Origin: a virus | IMG/VR virus record: IMGVR_UViG_3300045988_132849 | Coordinates: 76,252 to 140,251 of that record | Direction: 5' to 3' (one strand) | DNA length: 64,000 nt | Shown here: in pieces, positions 36,342-44,483 of the stretch | Numbering within the stretch: the stretch's first letter is position 1 | How the letters are laid out: each line of letters begins with the position of its first letter | Translations under genes and position numbers: made by a program | The notes under the pieces: generated by a model | Seen by the model: the letters and a program-made list of their open reading frames with translations, nothing else | The model's database searches: none | Told to the model about the DNA's origin: nothing

Positions 36342-36533
36342 ATGAAAGTTTTATACAAAGGTAAGCCATACAAAGTGTATGGGGTATGCTCAGATAAATA
36401 TACGAAAGGTTACGAATTCGAACATTATGCAGATTTCTTAATTTATAGAAAAAATTGTTGGCGATGGGTCTCATCCGATTATTGCACACCATACAAAAAG
36501 AAACATAAGAAGCCCAGTAAAAAAGAGGATTAA
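36342..36533 (+). CDS. hypothetical small basic protein (63 aa)
   Basis: ATG 36342 overlaps the upstream stop. Confidence 0.4.
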   Translation: MKVLYKGKPYKVYGVCSDKYTKGYEFEHYADFLIYRKNCWRWVSSDYCTPYKKKHKKPSKKED

Positions 36534-36537
36534 AAAC

Positions 36538-36858
36538 ATGAATTATAATCTAACATTTCCTGTTGTAGTTCTGAAAGATGAAAATGACTCAGTTCCATAT
36601 ATAGCATATATCCCATATTTTGATGTAATGACGCAGGGATATGATGAAGAAGAATTGCAGATGATGATCAAAGATTTGTTGAATCTCTGCTTAGAAGATA
36701 AGGAATCTTACACAATTCCAGGTTGGGCATATCATTATTTCAATGAAGACGATGTCAAAGAACGAGGTAGGAAATATTTTGAGGAACTTGATGACGGTGA
36801 TGATACATATTTTCAAAAGCATTTTTACACAGTATGGTGGTTTGATTTTAAGAGATAG
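36538..36858 (+). CDS. hypothetical protein with a HicB-like N-terminal fold (106 aa)
   Basis: NLTFPVVVLKDENDSVPYIAYIPYFDVMTQGYDEEELQMMIKDLLNL resembles the UPF0150/HicB N-domain; no HicA partner. Confidence 0.35.
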   Translation: MNYNLTFPVVVLKDENDSVPYIAYIPYFDVMTQGYDEEELQMMIKDLLNLCLEDKESYTIPGWAYHYFNEDDVKERGRKYFEELDDGDDTYFQKHFYTVWWFDFKR

Positions 36859-36885
36859 TAGTAGATAAAAAAGGAGAAAGATAAA

Positions 36886-37068
36886 ATGGACGTTTTGTTT
36901 TACATAATTTGGGTATTGGCGTTTATGGTAATCGTAGCAATTGGAATTGGAGTACCATATATGACCTATTACAATTACAAAAGAATTAAGGCAATGGATA
37001 AGAAACTTACGGGTATGTGCACAGGTCTTGGCATTATGTTAAGACCAGAAGAGGGTGATGAAAAATGA
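36886..37068 (+). CDS. small membrane protein (60 aa)
   Basis: AAAGGAGAAAG RBS; one TM helix. Confidence 0.4.
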   Translation: MDVLFYIIWVLAFMVIVAIGIGVPYMTYYNYKRIKAMDKKLTGMCTGLGIMLRPEEGDEK

Positions 37069-37373
37069 AAGATATGAGAAATAATCCCATTGAAAATGGA
37101 AATCTGTGTTTTAGATCAAGAATGGTAAATGGAGAAACATTGATGGGATATGCATTAGTTATCTCAAACAAGTTGTTTTGGATAGACGGATGGAATAACT
37201 ATATTTCTAGTTACGACAAACTTAATTCTAAGCAATTAATTGTTATCGAACACCTAAATGATGACGAAAAGAAAATGAGAAAAGAGTGGTTAGAGTTTAT
37301 GGCAACAACAAAATCAAAAAAGGTTAAAGATGAAGATAAAGAAATTGTGAAAGACTTATTGAGTAAAAAATGA
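37065..37373 (+). CDS. hypothetical protein (102 aa)
   Basis: Overlapping start. Confidence 0.45.
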   Translation: MKDMRNNPIENGNLCFRSRMVNGETLMGYALVISNKLFWIDGWNNYISSYDKLNSKQLIVIEHLNDDEKKMRKEWLEFMATTKSKKVKDEDKEIVKDLLSKK

Positions 37374-37388
37374 GGTGCAAGGTATTAA

Positions 37389-37568
37389 ATGAGAAGACTA
37401 ATTTGGTATATAAGATCTTGTTTTTGTAAGCATGATTGGGAGTTAATATTTGATACCCGCTACGAAGAAGAATCTTATGGTAAATGGTACGACATTATTA
37501 CAACTAAAGGTAGGCAAAAGGTTTATCGTTGTAAAAAATGTGGTTGCGAAAAAAGATATAGAACGTAA
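37389..37568 (+). CDS. small zinc-ribbon protein (59 aa), not in the ORF track
   Basis: MRRLIWYIRSCFCKHDWE...YRCKKCGCEKRY; AGGTGCAAGG RBS. Confidence 0.35.
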   Translation: MRRLIWYIRSCFCKHDWELIFDTRYEEESYGKWYDIITTKGRQKVYRCKKCGCEKRYRT

Positions 37569-37601
37569 AATCTGAGTTTTATGTAAAGTGAGGTGATTAA
37601 C

Positions 37602-37913
37602 ATGGAAGCCAATATTGAGTTTGCCATTGGCTATGCCATTGGGTTTTGTATCGTTGGGGCGATCGTATTTCTAAGACATGAAAGAAAGATGGATCGCCTG
37701 AGGCAGACAAATGTAAATCTGATCTTAGATAAGATGTCGTTTATGGCTGATGCTAACAACAAAGAAAATGATACATATAATAAGGAAGAAACTCGTTCAG
37801 ATGTTAAGGACGCAGTGAAGTATGCAATGAAGAAAAGTCATCCAGATAATGGTGGCAGTGCAGATGATTTTAGAAAATTTAGAGAGCTTTATGAAGAAAT
37901 GGAAGGTAAGTAA
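37602..37913 (+). CDS. membrane-anchored hypothetical protein (103 aa)
   Basis: GAGGTGATTAAC-ATG; N-terminal TM. Confidence 0.45.
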   Translation: MEANIEFAIGYAIGFCIVGAIVFLRHERKMDRLRQTNVNLILDKMSFMADANNKENDTYNKEETRSDVKDAVKYAMKKSHPDNGGSADDFRKFRELYEEMEGK

Positions 37914-38195
37914 ATGCTAAAGGTCGGAGATAGAGTTTATATTTATAGAATGAAGCCAGCGGCTAAAGGAGGTTTGGTTAGAAATAACGACAAAGGTACA
38001 ATTACTCGCATCGGAACAGATGAGATTGGTCGCAGATATGGGTATAGATATATGACCGTTAAATTTGACAAACCAGTAAATACCTCTAATCGTGATATTT
38101 ACTCTTTAGAATTTTTTGAAAACAAGGATGATCGTAAGATAGGTAGAATACGAGATATTGGATTCTTACTATATGGTAGAAAATGTGAGGAATAA
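37914..38195 (+). CDS. hypothetical protein (93 aa)
   Basis: ORF. Confidence 0.45.
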   Translation: MLKVGDRVYIYRMKPAAKGGLVRNNDKGTITRIGTDEIGRRYGYRYMTVKFDKPVNTSNRDIYSLEFFENKDDRKIGRIRDIGFLLYGRKCEE

Positions 38196-38200
38196 GACTC

Positions 38201-38386
38201 ATGAGTAAACAAGAATCATTGAAGTTTTTGCAAGGTTTGATTGACGAAGTAGAAAATTGGACAAAAGAAGATATTGAGCGAGGTCGGAAGTTGATGGAGA
38301 AAATATATAAAGAAGAACCAAAAGAAGTTGAAAATAGTGATGGGTATTGGGAATTTATAATGCCAGATGGTAAGGAAGTGAAGTAG
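38201..38386 (+). CDS. hypothetical protein (61 aa)
   Basis: ORF. Confidence 0.4.
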   Translation: MSKQESLKFLQGLIDEVENWTKEDIERGRKLMEKIYKEEPKEVENSDGYWEFIMPDGKEVK

Positions 38387-38520
38387 ATATGGCTAAGAAA
38401 CAAAATAAAACATACTTATAAAAAATTGTATTTTAATACATGGCGTGTTCTGGAGAATTTATCTCGCTTATTTGTTTGATAAGTACGCTAAAAGTGAGAC
38501 ATAAATGTACTCACTAAAAT

Positions 38521-38627
38521 CTATGTTAATTGAATATTTGAGGTACAAGACCTATCAAATTTAACATAGGTACGGAACGTGGATCATTAAATAACGAAGA
38601 AACGTGGAGCTTAAGACCTATCAAATT
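38521..38627. repeat. 15-bp perfect direct repeat AAGACCTATCAAATT (38547-38561 and 38613-38627); the first copy sits inside the inverted repeat CTATGTTAA...TTAACATAG, and ACGTGGA is also repeated
   Basis: Read directly. The second copy overlaps the GTG start of the 38604 ORF. Confidence 0.45.
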
Positions 38628-38795
38628 GAACAAAAACTAAAGGAAATTAAACAAAAAATGAAAACAAGGCAACAGCGTAAACAGGAAATAAAACGATTCT
38701 TTGATCAGTTGAGCCCAGACGAATTGGACAGGCTATTAGAAAGAAATGGAATTAATGACAAAGAGTCTGATGAGGCTCTTGCATATAATTATTAA
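38604..38795 (+). CDS. small coiled-coil protein (63 aa), GTG start
   Basis: ORF track; weak. Confidence 0.35.
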   Translation: MELKTYQIEQKLKEIKQKMKTRQQRKQEIKRFFDQLSPDELDRLLERNGINDKESDEALAYNY

Positions 38796-38822
38796 AGAAG
38801 AAATTGAGAAAGGAGAGATAAC

Positions 38823-39179
38823 ATGAACCACTTTTTATATATTGAATCACGAGAAGAAGAGGATTCATCGCTTGACTCTAAGCGTGTTTTATTGAATGAA
38901 GAAAACTACAAACATATTATTGCATCATTAGATCATTATCCACCGACAGCACAAGAAGTTAAGAAAGCAATTTGTATTTTGGTAGGAAGATTGATTTACA
39001 GAAGTGTTTGGAATATGGAAACTGATATTGATAGTTTGAATATGAGTTATTCTCCGCCAAAAGAAATGACGATTGAAGAAATTGAAAAGGAACTTGGTTA
39101 TAAAGTTAAGCTTGTAAAGGAGGAAAAAGAACAAAAACTAAGAAGGGCTATGAAAACAACAGTATTGAAAACTGTCTAA
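38823..39179 (+). CDS. hypothetical protein (118 aa)
   Basis: AAAGGAGAGATAAC-ATG. Confidence 0.5.
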   Translation: MNHFLYIESREEEDSSLDSKRVLLNEENYKHIIASLDHYPPTAQEVKKAICILVGRLIYRSVWNMETDIDSLNMSYSPPKEMTIEEIEKELGYKVKLVKEEKEQKLRRAMKTTVLKTV

Positions 39180-39208
39180 ATCATTATAAATCAGCACAAC
39201 AATTATTT

Positions 39209-39838
39209 ATGGAACTGTATAATACAGGGGACCTTTACTTGATAGGCGGAGCCCTAAGAGAATTTTTAGAAACAGGCAACATTAAAGATGCAAAAGATAT
39301 TGACGTTGTGATTGATACAAAAGAAACAGATAAGTTTGATGCAGTTTGTAAAAAATATCATGCCAGAAAGAACTTTTTTGATGGATATAAAATTACCTAC
39401 CATGACATTGTTGTTGATGTATGGAGAATAGAGCAAACATGGGCATATAGAGAGAATATCATTAACTGTTCTGAAGAAGATTATCTAAAGAATTTACCTT
39501 TTACTGTATTTTTCAACTTAGATTCTTTAGTGTACGACATAAAAAGAAACGTATGGTATGATGAGCTTTATATAAAGGCAAAGGAAAGCAATACATTAGA
39601 TATTGTATTAGAAGAAAATCCACATATTGATCTAAATATTTTGAGGGGAATGATTTTTCAAAACAGATATCATATGAAATATTCTATTCGTCTTAAAGAG
39701 TTGATCTTGGATCACTATAAGAAAGAGAGAGAATATGAAAAGATACTGCATGACATTCAATTTAAACGATATAAGAAAGAAATTTTGTCTTTGAATGATA
39801 TTAAAAATCAATTGGATTATATCTTTTCAAAAAGATAG
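39209..39838 (+). CDS. minimal Pol-beta-type nucleotidyltransferase of the tRNA-nucleotidyltransferase / poly(A) polymerase family (head-domain-sized, 209 aa)
   Basis: LYLIGGALREFLETGNIKDAKDIDVVIDT matches the CCA-enzyme motif A (yfVGGaVRD....kDiDiat); FTVFFN is motif-B-like. Confidence 0.55.
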   Translation: MELYNTGDLYLIGGALREFLETGNIKDAKDIDVVIDTKETDKFDAVCKKYHARKNFFDGYKITYHDIVVDVWRIEQTWAYRENIINCSEEDYLKNLPFTVFFNLDSLVYDIKRNVWYDELYIKAKESNTLDIVLEENPHIDLNILRGMIFQNRYHMKYSIRLKELILDHYKKEREYEKILHDIQFKRYKKEILSLNDIKNQLDYIFSKR

Positions 39839-39888
39839 ATTAGTAGATGTTTGTATATAAACAGAGAAATGAGAAGGAGGACTAAAGA

Positions 39889-40842
39889 ATGAAATGTTTT
39901 TATCATGTGGATCAAGACGGAATCGTGTCTGGATTCTACGTCAGAAAAGCTTGCGAACAGCGAGGCTTGGCATTTGAACCAGAGGACTTTCGAAAAATTA
40001 ATTACGGTATGAAATTCCCGTTTCATGACATTAAGCAGGATGAATTTGTATTCATTGTAGACTACAGCATTGAGCCAGAAGAGATGTGGCAGTTGCTTAG
40101 TATCACAAAGAATGTATTCTGGATCGACCATCATCAATCTACGATTGAAACGTATAAAGATTTCAAGTGTGATGTAAAAGGCATTCGAATTACTGGAGCA
40201 GGTATTTCGGGAGCGAATTTGACATGGTTATATTTTAAAGAAATGTGTGACGAAGATTGGGAGCAAATTGAGAGGACAGATGAGAAAAATGTAAAAAGAT
40301 TACTCAATATATATAAATATAAAGAAGATTATCCAAAACTGGCAGAATATACAGCCATGTGGGATACATTTTATTTTGGTGCAACGTCAAAAAAATTCAT
40401 AAAAGCATTTCACTATGCATTTGAATCGTATGATTTTGATGCGTTAAGTCCATTGCTAAACACGTTAAATGAAGATCAAGGAATTTATGAAGCAGCAAAA
40501 ATTATTGGTGATATGATAACAGATGGCTTATCAATTATTGAGTATTTAGCAGCAAATGCAGAACAATATCTTAGAGCATATGGTTTTGAAACCACATTTG
40601 AGGGACATAAAGTCTATGCGATCAATCGAGCATTAATCAATTCTGATTTCTTTGAATCTATTGATGCTTCTAAATATGATATGTTCATTGGTTTTTCATT
40701 CAATGGTAGTATGTGGGAATATCAGTTACGATCCGCAGAACAGGATAAAGTAAATGTGTATGAGCTTGCTGTGAAATATGGTGGTGGCGGTCACCCAAAT
40801 GCAGCTGGGTTCAGGAGCGATAAATATGTATTAGGAGTGTGA
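39889..40842 (+). CDS. DHH-DHHA1 phosphoesterase, NrnA-like (nanoRNase / pAp phosphatase family), 317 aa
   Basis: Motif I HVDQDGIVSG, motif III VFWIDHHQS, DHHA1 GGGGHPNAAGF. Confidence 0.75.
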   Translation: MKCFYHVDQDGIVSGFYVRKACEQRGLAFEPEDFRKINYGMKFPFHDIKQDEFVFIVDYSIEPEEMWQLLSITKNVFWIDHHQSTIETYKDFKCDVKGIRITGAGISGANLTWLYFKEMCDEDWEQIERTDEKNVKRLLNIYKYKEDYPKLAEYTAMWDTFYFGATSKKFIKAFHYAFESYDFDALSPLLNTLNEDQGIYEAAKIIGDMITDGLSIIEYLAANAEQYLRAYGFETTFEGHKVYAINRALINSDFFESIDASKYDMFIGFSFNGSMWEYQLRSAEQDKVNVYELAVKYGGGGHPNAAGFRSDKYVLGV

Positions 40843-40845
40843 TGT

Positions 40846-41646
40846 ATGTCAAGAAAAAATACAAGAGAAATTGAACTTGCTTTTAGTAAAAATAGAGATC
40901 CAGATTGGGAAGCCGATGTGGAAATTTATAGAAGAAGAAAGTTCGAAGTAGTGCGTGGTATTTGTCTGGGAGATGAGTTTGCTGAAATTGAATCTTTAGA
41001 ATACAAAAATTGTGACGAGTTAGATGAAATGTATTATCGTTTTGATTATAATTTAAAAATGCTTATGAAGTCTTATTTGCATGAATATACAGATTATGTG
41101 CCAATCGAAACAATGCATATTACATCTCCTGCAATATTGTGTTGTGATGAAATTGTATTAAAAAACGGTGAGAAAATTTCTATTGATAACATATGTATTG
41201 ATAAATCAAACGGCAATGAAGTTTATAAATTATATTCTAATAGTACATATACAGATGATGTATATTATGAATCTACTAAAGCATTAGTTTATGAATTGGC
41301 TAGTAAAGATGTTTGCGAGGCTATACATATAATGAAAGATATAATGGACAAAGCGTATATAAAAGCAAGAAATGAACGAAGCATACATCCTTTTATTAGC
41401 CACCTGTTTAACGACCCTCCAATTCCATGTATTAAAAATAAATATTCTATACATGATTTAATGGGTACATTAAAATGCAGTGGTGATATTTATGAAGAAA
41501 TAAAAAAAGAAGTCCCAAATGCTATAGATATGATTGTGCCTCATCCTGGAAGACATGCAGAGTATTATTTTGGGTTAGATTATACAGATGAAGTAGAGCA
41601 ATTTATTAAAGAACAGGAGGTTAAGAAATGTGAAGAAACTAAATGA
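40846..41646 (+). CDS. hypothetical protein (266 aa)
   Basis: ORF. Confidence 0.5.
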   Translation: MSRKNTREIELAFSKNRDPDWEADVEIYRRRKFEVVRGICLGDEFAEIESLEYKNCDELDEMYYRFDYNLKMLMKSYLHEYTDYVPIETMHITSPAILCCDEIVLKNGEKISIDNICIDKSNGNEVYKLYSNSTYTDDVYYESTKALVYELASKDVCEAIHIMKDIMDKAYIKARNERSIHPFISHLFNDPPIPCIKNKYSIHDLMGTLKCSGDIYEEIKKEVPNAIDMIVPHPGRHAEYYFGLDYTDEVEQFIKEQEVKKCEETK

Positions 41647-42181
41647 TGAACAGCGAAAGCTGATTGAAGATAATTATTCTTTGATTTGGCATTTGCATGA
41701 GAAGTATTTTACAAAATTTAAAGATTTTGATACATATATGGATCTTGGTCATATGGCAATTTGCAAAGCAGCATTAAAATGGGATGAGTCTAAAGGTAAT
41801 TTTGGGACGTATTTTAGATGGGTATTACAGTCAGAAATTAATAAATATTATATAAAATGGCATAGCCCAACAGAGAAAATGAACAGAAATGCGGAATCAT
41901 TGGATACACCTGTTGACGAAAGAGTTGACGCAGAAGAATTAACAATTGGTAGTTTGCTTGTGAGTAACGATGACGTAGAGAGTCAAGTACTAACAACAGT
42001 ATATTACCAAGGTGAATTTAACAAATTGTCAGACAAGCAGAAGAAAATTATATATATGTTACTTGATGATATTGAACATAAATACATAGCCAAAGAATTT
42101 GGAAAGAGTATTCAATGGGTAAGTTGGCAACTTGGTAATATTAAAAAATTAATGCATAGGGCAAAGGCGGTGAGACTATGA
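41630..42181 (+). CDS. sigma-70-family RNA polymerase sigma factor (phage-encoded), 183 aa
   Basis: Region 2-like: LIEDNYSLIWHLHEKY...DLGHMAICKAALKWDESKGNFGTYFRWVLQSEINKY; C-terminal HTH. Paralog of the 48276 gene (both begin LNDEQRKL). Confidence 0.65.
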   Translation: MKKLNDEQRKLIEDNYSLIWHLHEKYFTKFKDFDTYMDLGHMAICKAALKWDESKGNFGTYFRWVLQSEINKYYIKWHSPTEKMNRNAESLDTPVDERVDAEELTIGSLLVSNDDVESQVLTTVYYQGEFNKLSDKQKKIIYMLLDDIEHKYIAKEFGKSIQWVSWQLGNIKKLMHRAKAVRL

Positions 42182-43011
42182 CAATTGAAGAAGTAAAGGA
42201 TTACATAAACTCGTCTACAGAGTATGACTTTTTGCGAGATTATCCGCACAAAATCGCTTTTCTCACGTTGGGTGGAAGTTATGCCTACGGAACAAACACA
42301 GAGAATTCTGACATTGATTTACGTGGTGTTTTCCTTAGTGATAAAAGAGAGATTTTGTTGAATAATAATCCAAATAATCTTGAAAAGACAGACGATCATA
42401 AAGATGTTGATACTGTGTTACATTCGCATATTAAGATGATCAATATGCTTGCAAAGGGTAATCCTACGTTTTTAGAGCTGTTATATTTTGCACCAGACCG
42501 CTATTTATATATATCTGATATTGGTATGGAACTGATCAAAAATAGAGATATGTTTTTATCTAAGAGAGTTTATCATGCATATAAAGGATATATATGTGAT
42601 TGCCTGACTCGAACGAGTTTTAAGTATTATAAAAATAAAGATTCAGAGAAAGAAAAGCAAAAGGCGGAACGATACGCTAATAAATCAATGATGCATGCAG
42701 TTCGATTATTGTTGCAGGGCATTGAATTATTACATAACGGAACAATGTTTGGGTCTATGGATGACATAGGAAAAGATCTTGTAAAGATCAAAGAAGGATA
42801 CAATAGTACGCATAAAACATATAGATTTGGCAAACACAATGAGCATACAGAATATTTCCCAAATCAGTCATACGATGTTTTTATTGAAGGATTACTTTAT
42901 CAATTTGATTATGATTATATGAATACTGATTTGCCAGACGAACCAGACTGGGATCGTATCAATAACTTCTTGATGACAACAAATGAACGAATTGTGAGAG
43001 GAATGGTGTAA
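42178..43011 (+). CDS. Pol-beta-superfamily nucleotidyltransferase (COG3541-like predicted NTase), 277 aa
   Basis: LGGSYAYGTNTENSDIDLRGVF = G[GS]x9-13 D.D nucleotidyltransferase motif. Confidence 0.55.
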   Translation: MTIEEVKDYINSSTEYDFLRDYPHKIAFLTLGGSYAYGTNTENSDIDLRGVFLSDKREILLNNNPNNLEKTDDHKDVDTVLHSHIKMINMLAKGNPTFLELLYFAPDRYLYISDIGMELIKNRDMFLSKRVYHAYKGYICDCLTRTSFKYYKNKDSEKEKQKAERYANKSMMHAVRLLLQGIELLHNGTMFGSMDDIGKDLVKIKEGYNSTHKTYRFGKHNEHTEYFPNQSYDVFIEGLLYQFDYDYMNTDLPDEPDWDRINNFLMTTNERIVRGMV

Positions 43012-43013
43012 AA

Positions 43014-43283
43014 ATGTATGTAAAGATTGGAGACGAAATTGCTTTTCATCCTGGCGAATGCTTAGAAGAATTTGTTGAATCTTGCAGGATGACTCCTTAT
43101 CAGCTTGCGAGTAAAATTGGCATAGATGTTGATTATGTGCAAGGGCTGATTAACGGATCACAAAGTGTTACAAAAGAATTTGCGAAAAAAATGGCAGACC
43201 ATTATGGGTTTGCTGATGATGGACAGTTCTGGTTAAATTTGCAAGAAACATTTGATAAGAAAGTAGGTGGCAGAGATGTTTAA
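43014..43283 (+). CDS. HigA-family (XRE) HTH antitoxin-like protein, 89 aa
   Basis: FHPGECLEEFVE...TPYQLASKIGIDVDYVQGLINGSQSVTKEFAKKMADHYGFADDGQFWLNLQETFD matches HigA (iHPGEiL.Ee.l..lgls...lA..Lgv....in.ii.G.r.it.d.A.rLa..fG.s..fWlNLQ..yDl). Confidence 0.7.
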   Translation: MYVKIGDEIAFHPGECLEEFVESCRMTPYQLASKIGIDVDYVQGLINGSQSVTKEFAKKMADHYGFADDGQFWLNLQETFDKKVGGRDV

Positions 43284-43815
43284 ATTAATAAAACGCCCAC
43301 GTTCTGATAACGATAAATGTACTAAATATGATGTTGTGCTTGATAAAGAGTATACTGTAGAAGAATTTATTGATGCGATTGCAGATGGAAGAAATGGAAC
43401 GCATGGTCAAATCACAATAAAAAATGATAAAGAAGCCATTGAATCATTTGTCTATAATATCGAGAGTATTGATTATAGACATTGTAAACTTCAAAATGCT
43501 GAAGAAAAAATTAAACAAGTATGGGCAGATGGTAGCTGGTTAAAAATCAATTATACTATCTTACTTGAAAACAAACAGGAAACACAAAAAGGTGCGCTCA
43601 GATTTATTGTTAAGAAGCCAAATGGGGAAGAATCAGTGGTGGTTATTTTTAAGAACAAATCCGATGGCACATATTCATTTGTTAATTTGACTAAGGAGCA
43701 TATTTGTTCATGTAAATTTAAAACAATCGATGAAGCCATTCAGGATATGAATGACCGACTAAAGAAAGGATTGATTAAGTCCTATGTTATGAAAGGAGAA
43801 AGAAATAGTGAGTGA
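43276..43815 (+). CDS. hypothetical protein (179 aa)
   Basis: AGTAGGTGG RBS, ATG 43276. Confidence 0.45.
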   Translation: MFKLIKRPRSDNDKCTKYDVVLDKEYTVEEFIDAIADGRNGTHGQITIKNDKEAIESFVYNIESIDYRHCKLQNAEEKIKQVWADGSWLKINYTILLENKQETQKGALRFIVKKPNGEESVVVIFKNKSDGTYSFVNLTKEHICSCKFKTIDEAIQDMNDRLKKGLIKSYVMKGERNSE

Positions 43816-44287
43816 CGTATTTCAGATCTATCTTGCAGGCGGTATGCAGGATCTGTCGTTTGAAGAACAGGATGCGTGGAGAAAAGAAATTTGTAGGTGT
43901 ATCAATAGTTGCTGCGAGAAATCATTGGTTGATGTAAAACCAGTTAGTATTATCAATCCAGTAGATTATTACAATTTCGAAAACGACAAACATGAGACAG
44001 AAAAAGAAGTTATGCGATTTGATACTCGTCTTGTTAAGAATAGTGATTTGATTATTGTGTATGCAAATGATCCAAAGAGTATTGGCACATCTATGGAAAT
44101 TGCTATTGCTCATGAAAACAATATTCCAGTATTGATCTTAAATGATGGTAATGAAAAACTTCATTCTTGGTGGATTGAGATGTCTGATAGGGTGTTTAGT
44201 GAGTATATTGGTCTGTGTCAATATGTTGTAGATTTTTATTTAGAGATGAAACATTATCGTTGTGTACATAATGTGACAATAAAATAG
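43808..44287 (+). CDS. nucleoside 2-deoxyribosyltransferase-like protein (159 aa)
   Basis: IYLAGGM...EIAIAHENNIPVLIL matches the NDT/Rcl-family YLAGP ... E.a.A...g.Pv pattern. Confidence 0.55.
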   Translation: MSDVFQIYLAGGMQDLSFEEQDAWRKEICRCINSCCEKSLVDVKPVSIINPVDYYNFENDKHETEKEVMRFDTRLVKNSDLIIVYANDPKSIGTSMEIAIAHENNIPVLILNDGNEKLHSWWIEMSDRVFSEYIGLCQYVVDFYLEMKHYRCVHNVTIK

Positions 44288-44308
44288 GAATTTGATGTTA
44301 AAAATAAC

Positions 44309-44353
44309 CACAATATATAGTATGCCTATAAATATTATATACTATATATTGTG
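44309..44353. promoter_or_regulatory. Perfect 15-bp inverted repeat CACAATATATAGTAT-N15-ATACTATATATTGTG; operator-like
   Basis: Read directly. The 13-mer CACAATATATAGT recurs at 33563-33575 upstream of the tRNA. Confidence 0.45.
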
Positions 44354-44483
44354 ATAGAAAAGGAGTTGAAACACTATTACAGCAGAAAAACAAGGCAAGT
44401 TTATTATTTTCCATCTGGATGATGGTAAAACTTGCAAATATGATTTATCAAATGGTGATTGTTATGGCAAAAGTGGTAAGAAA

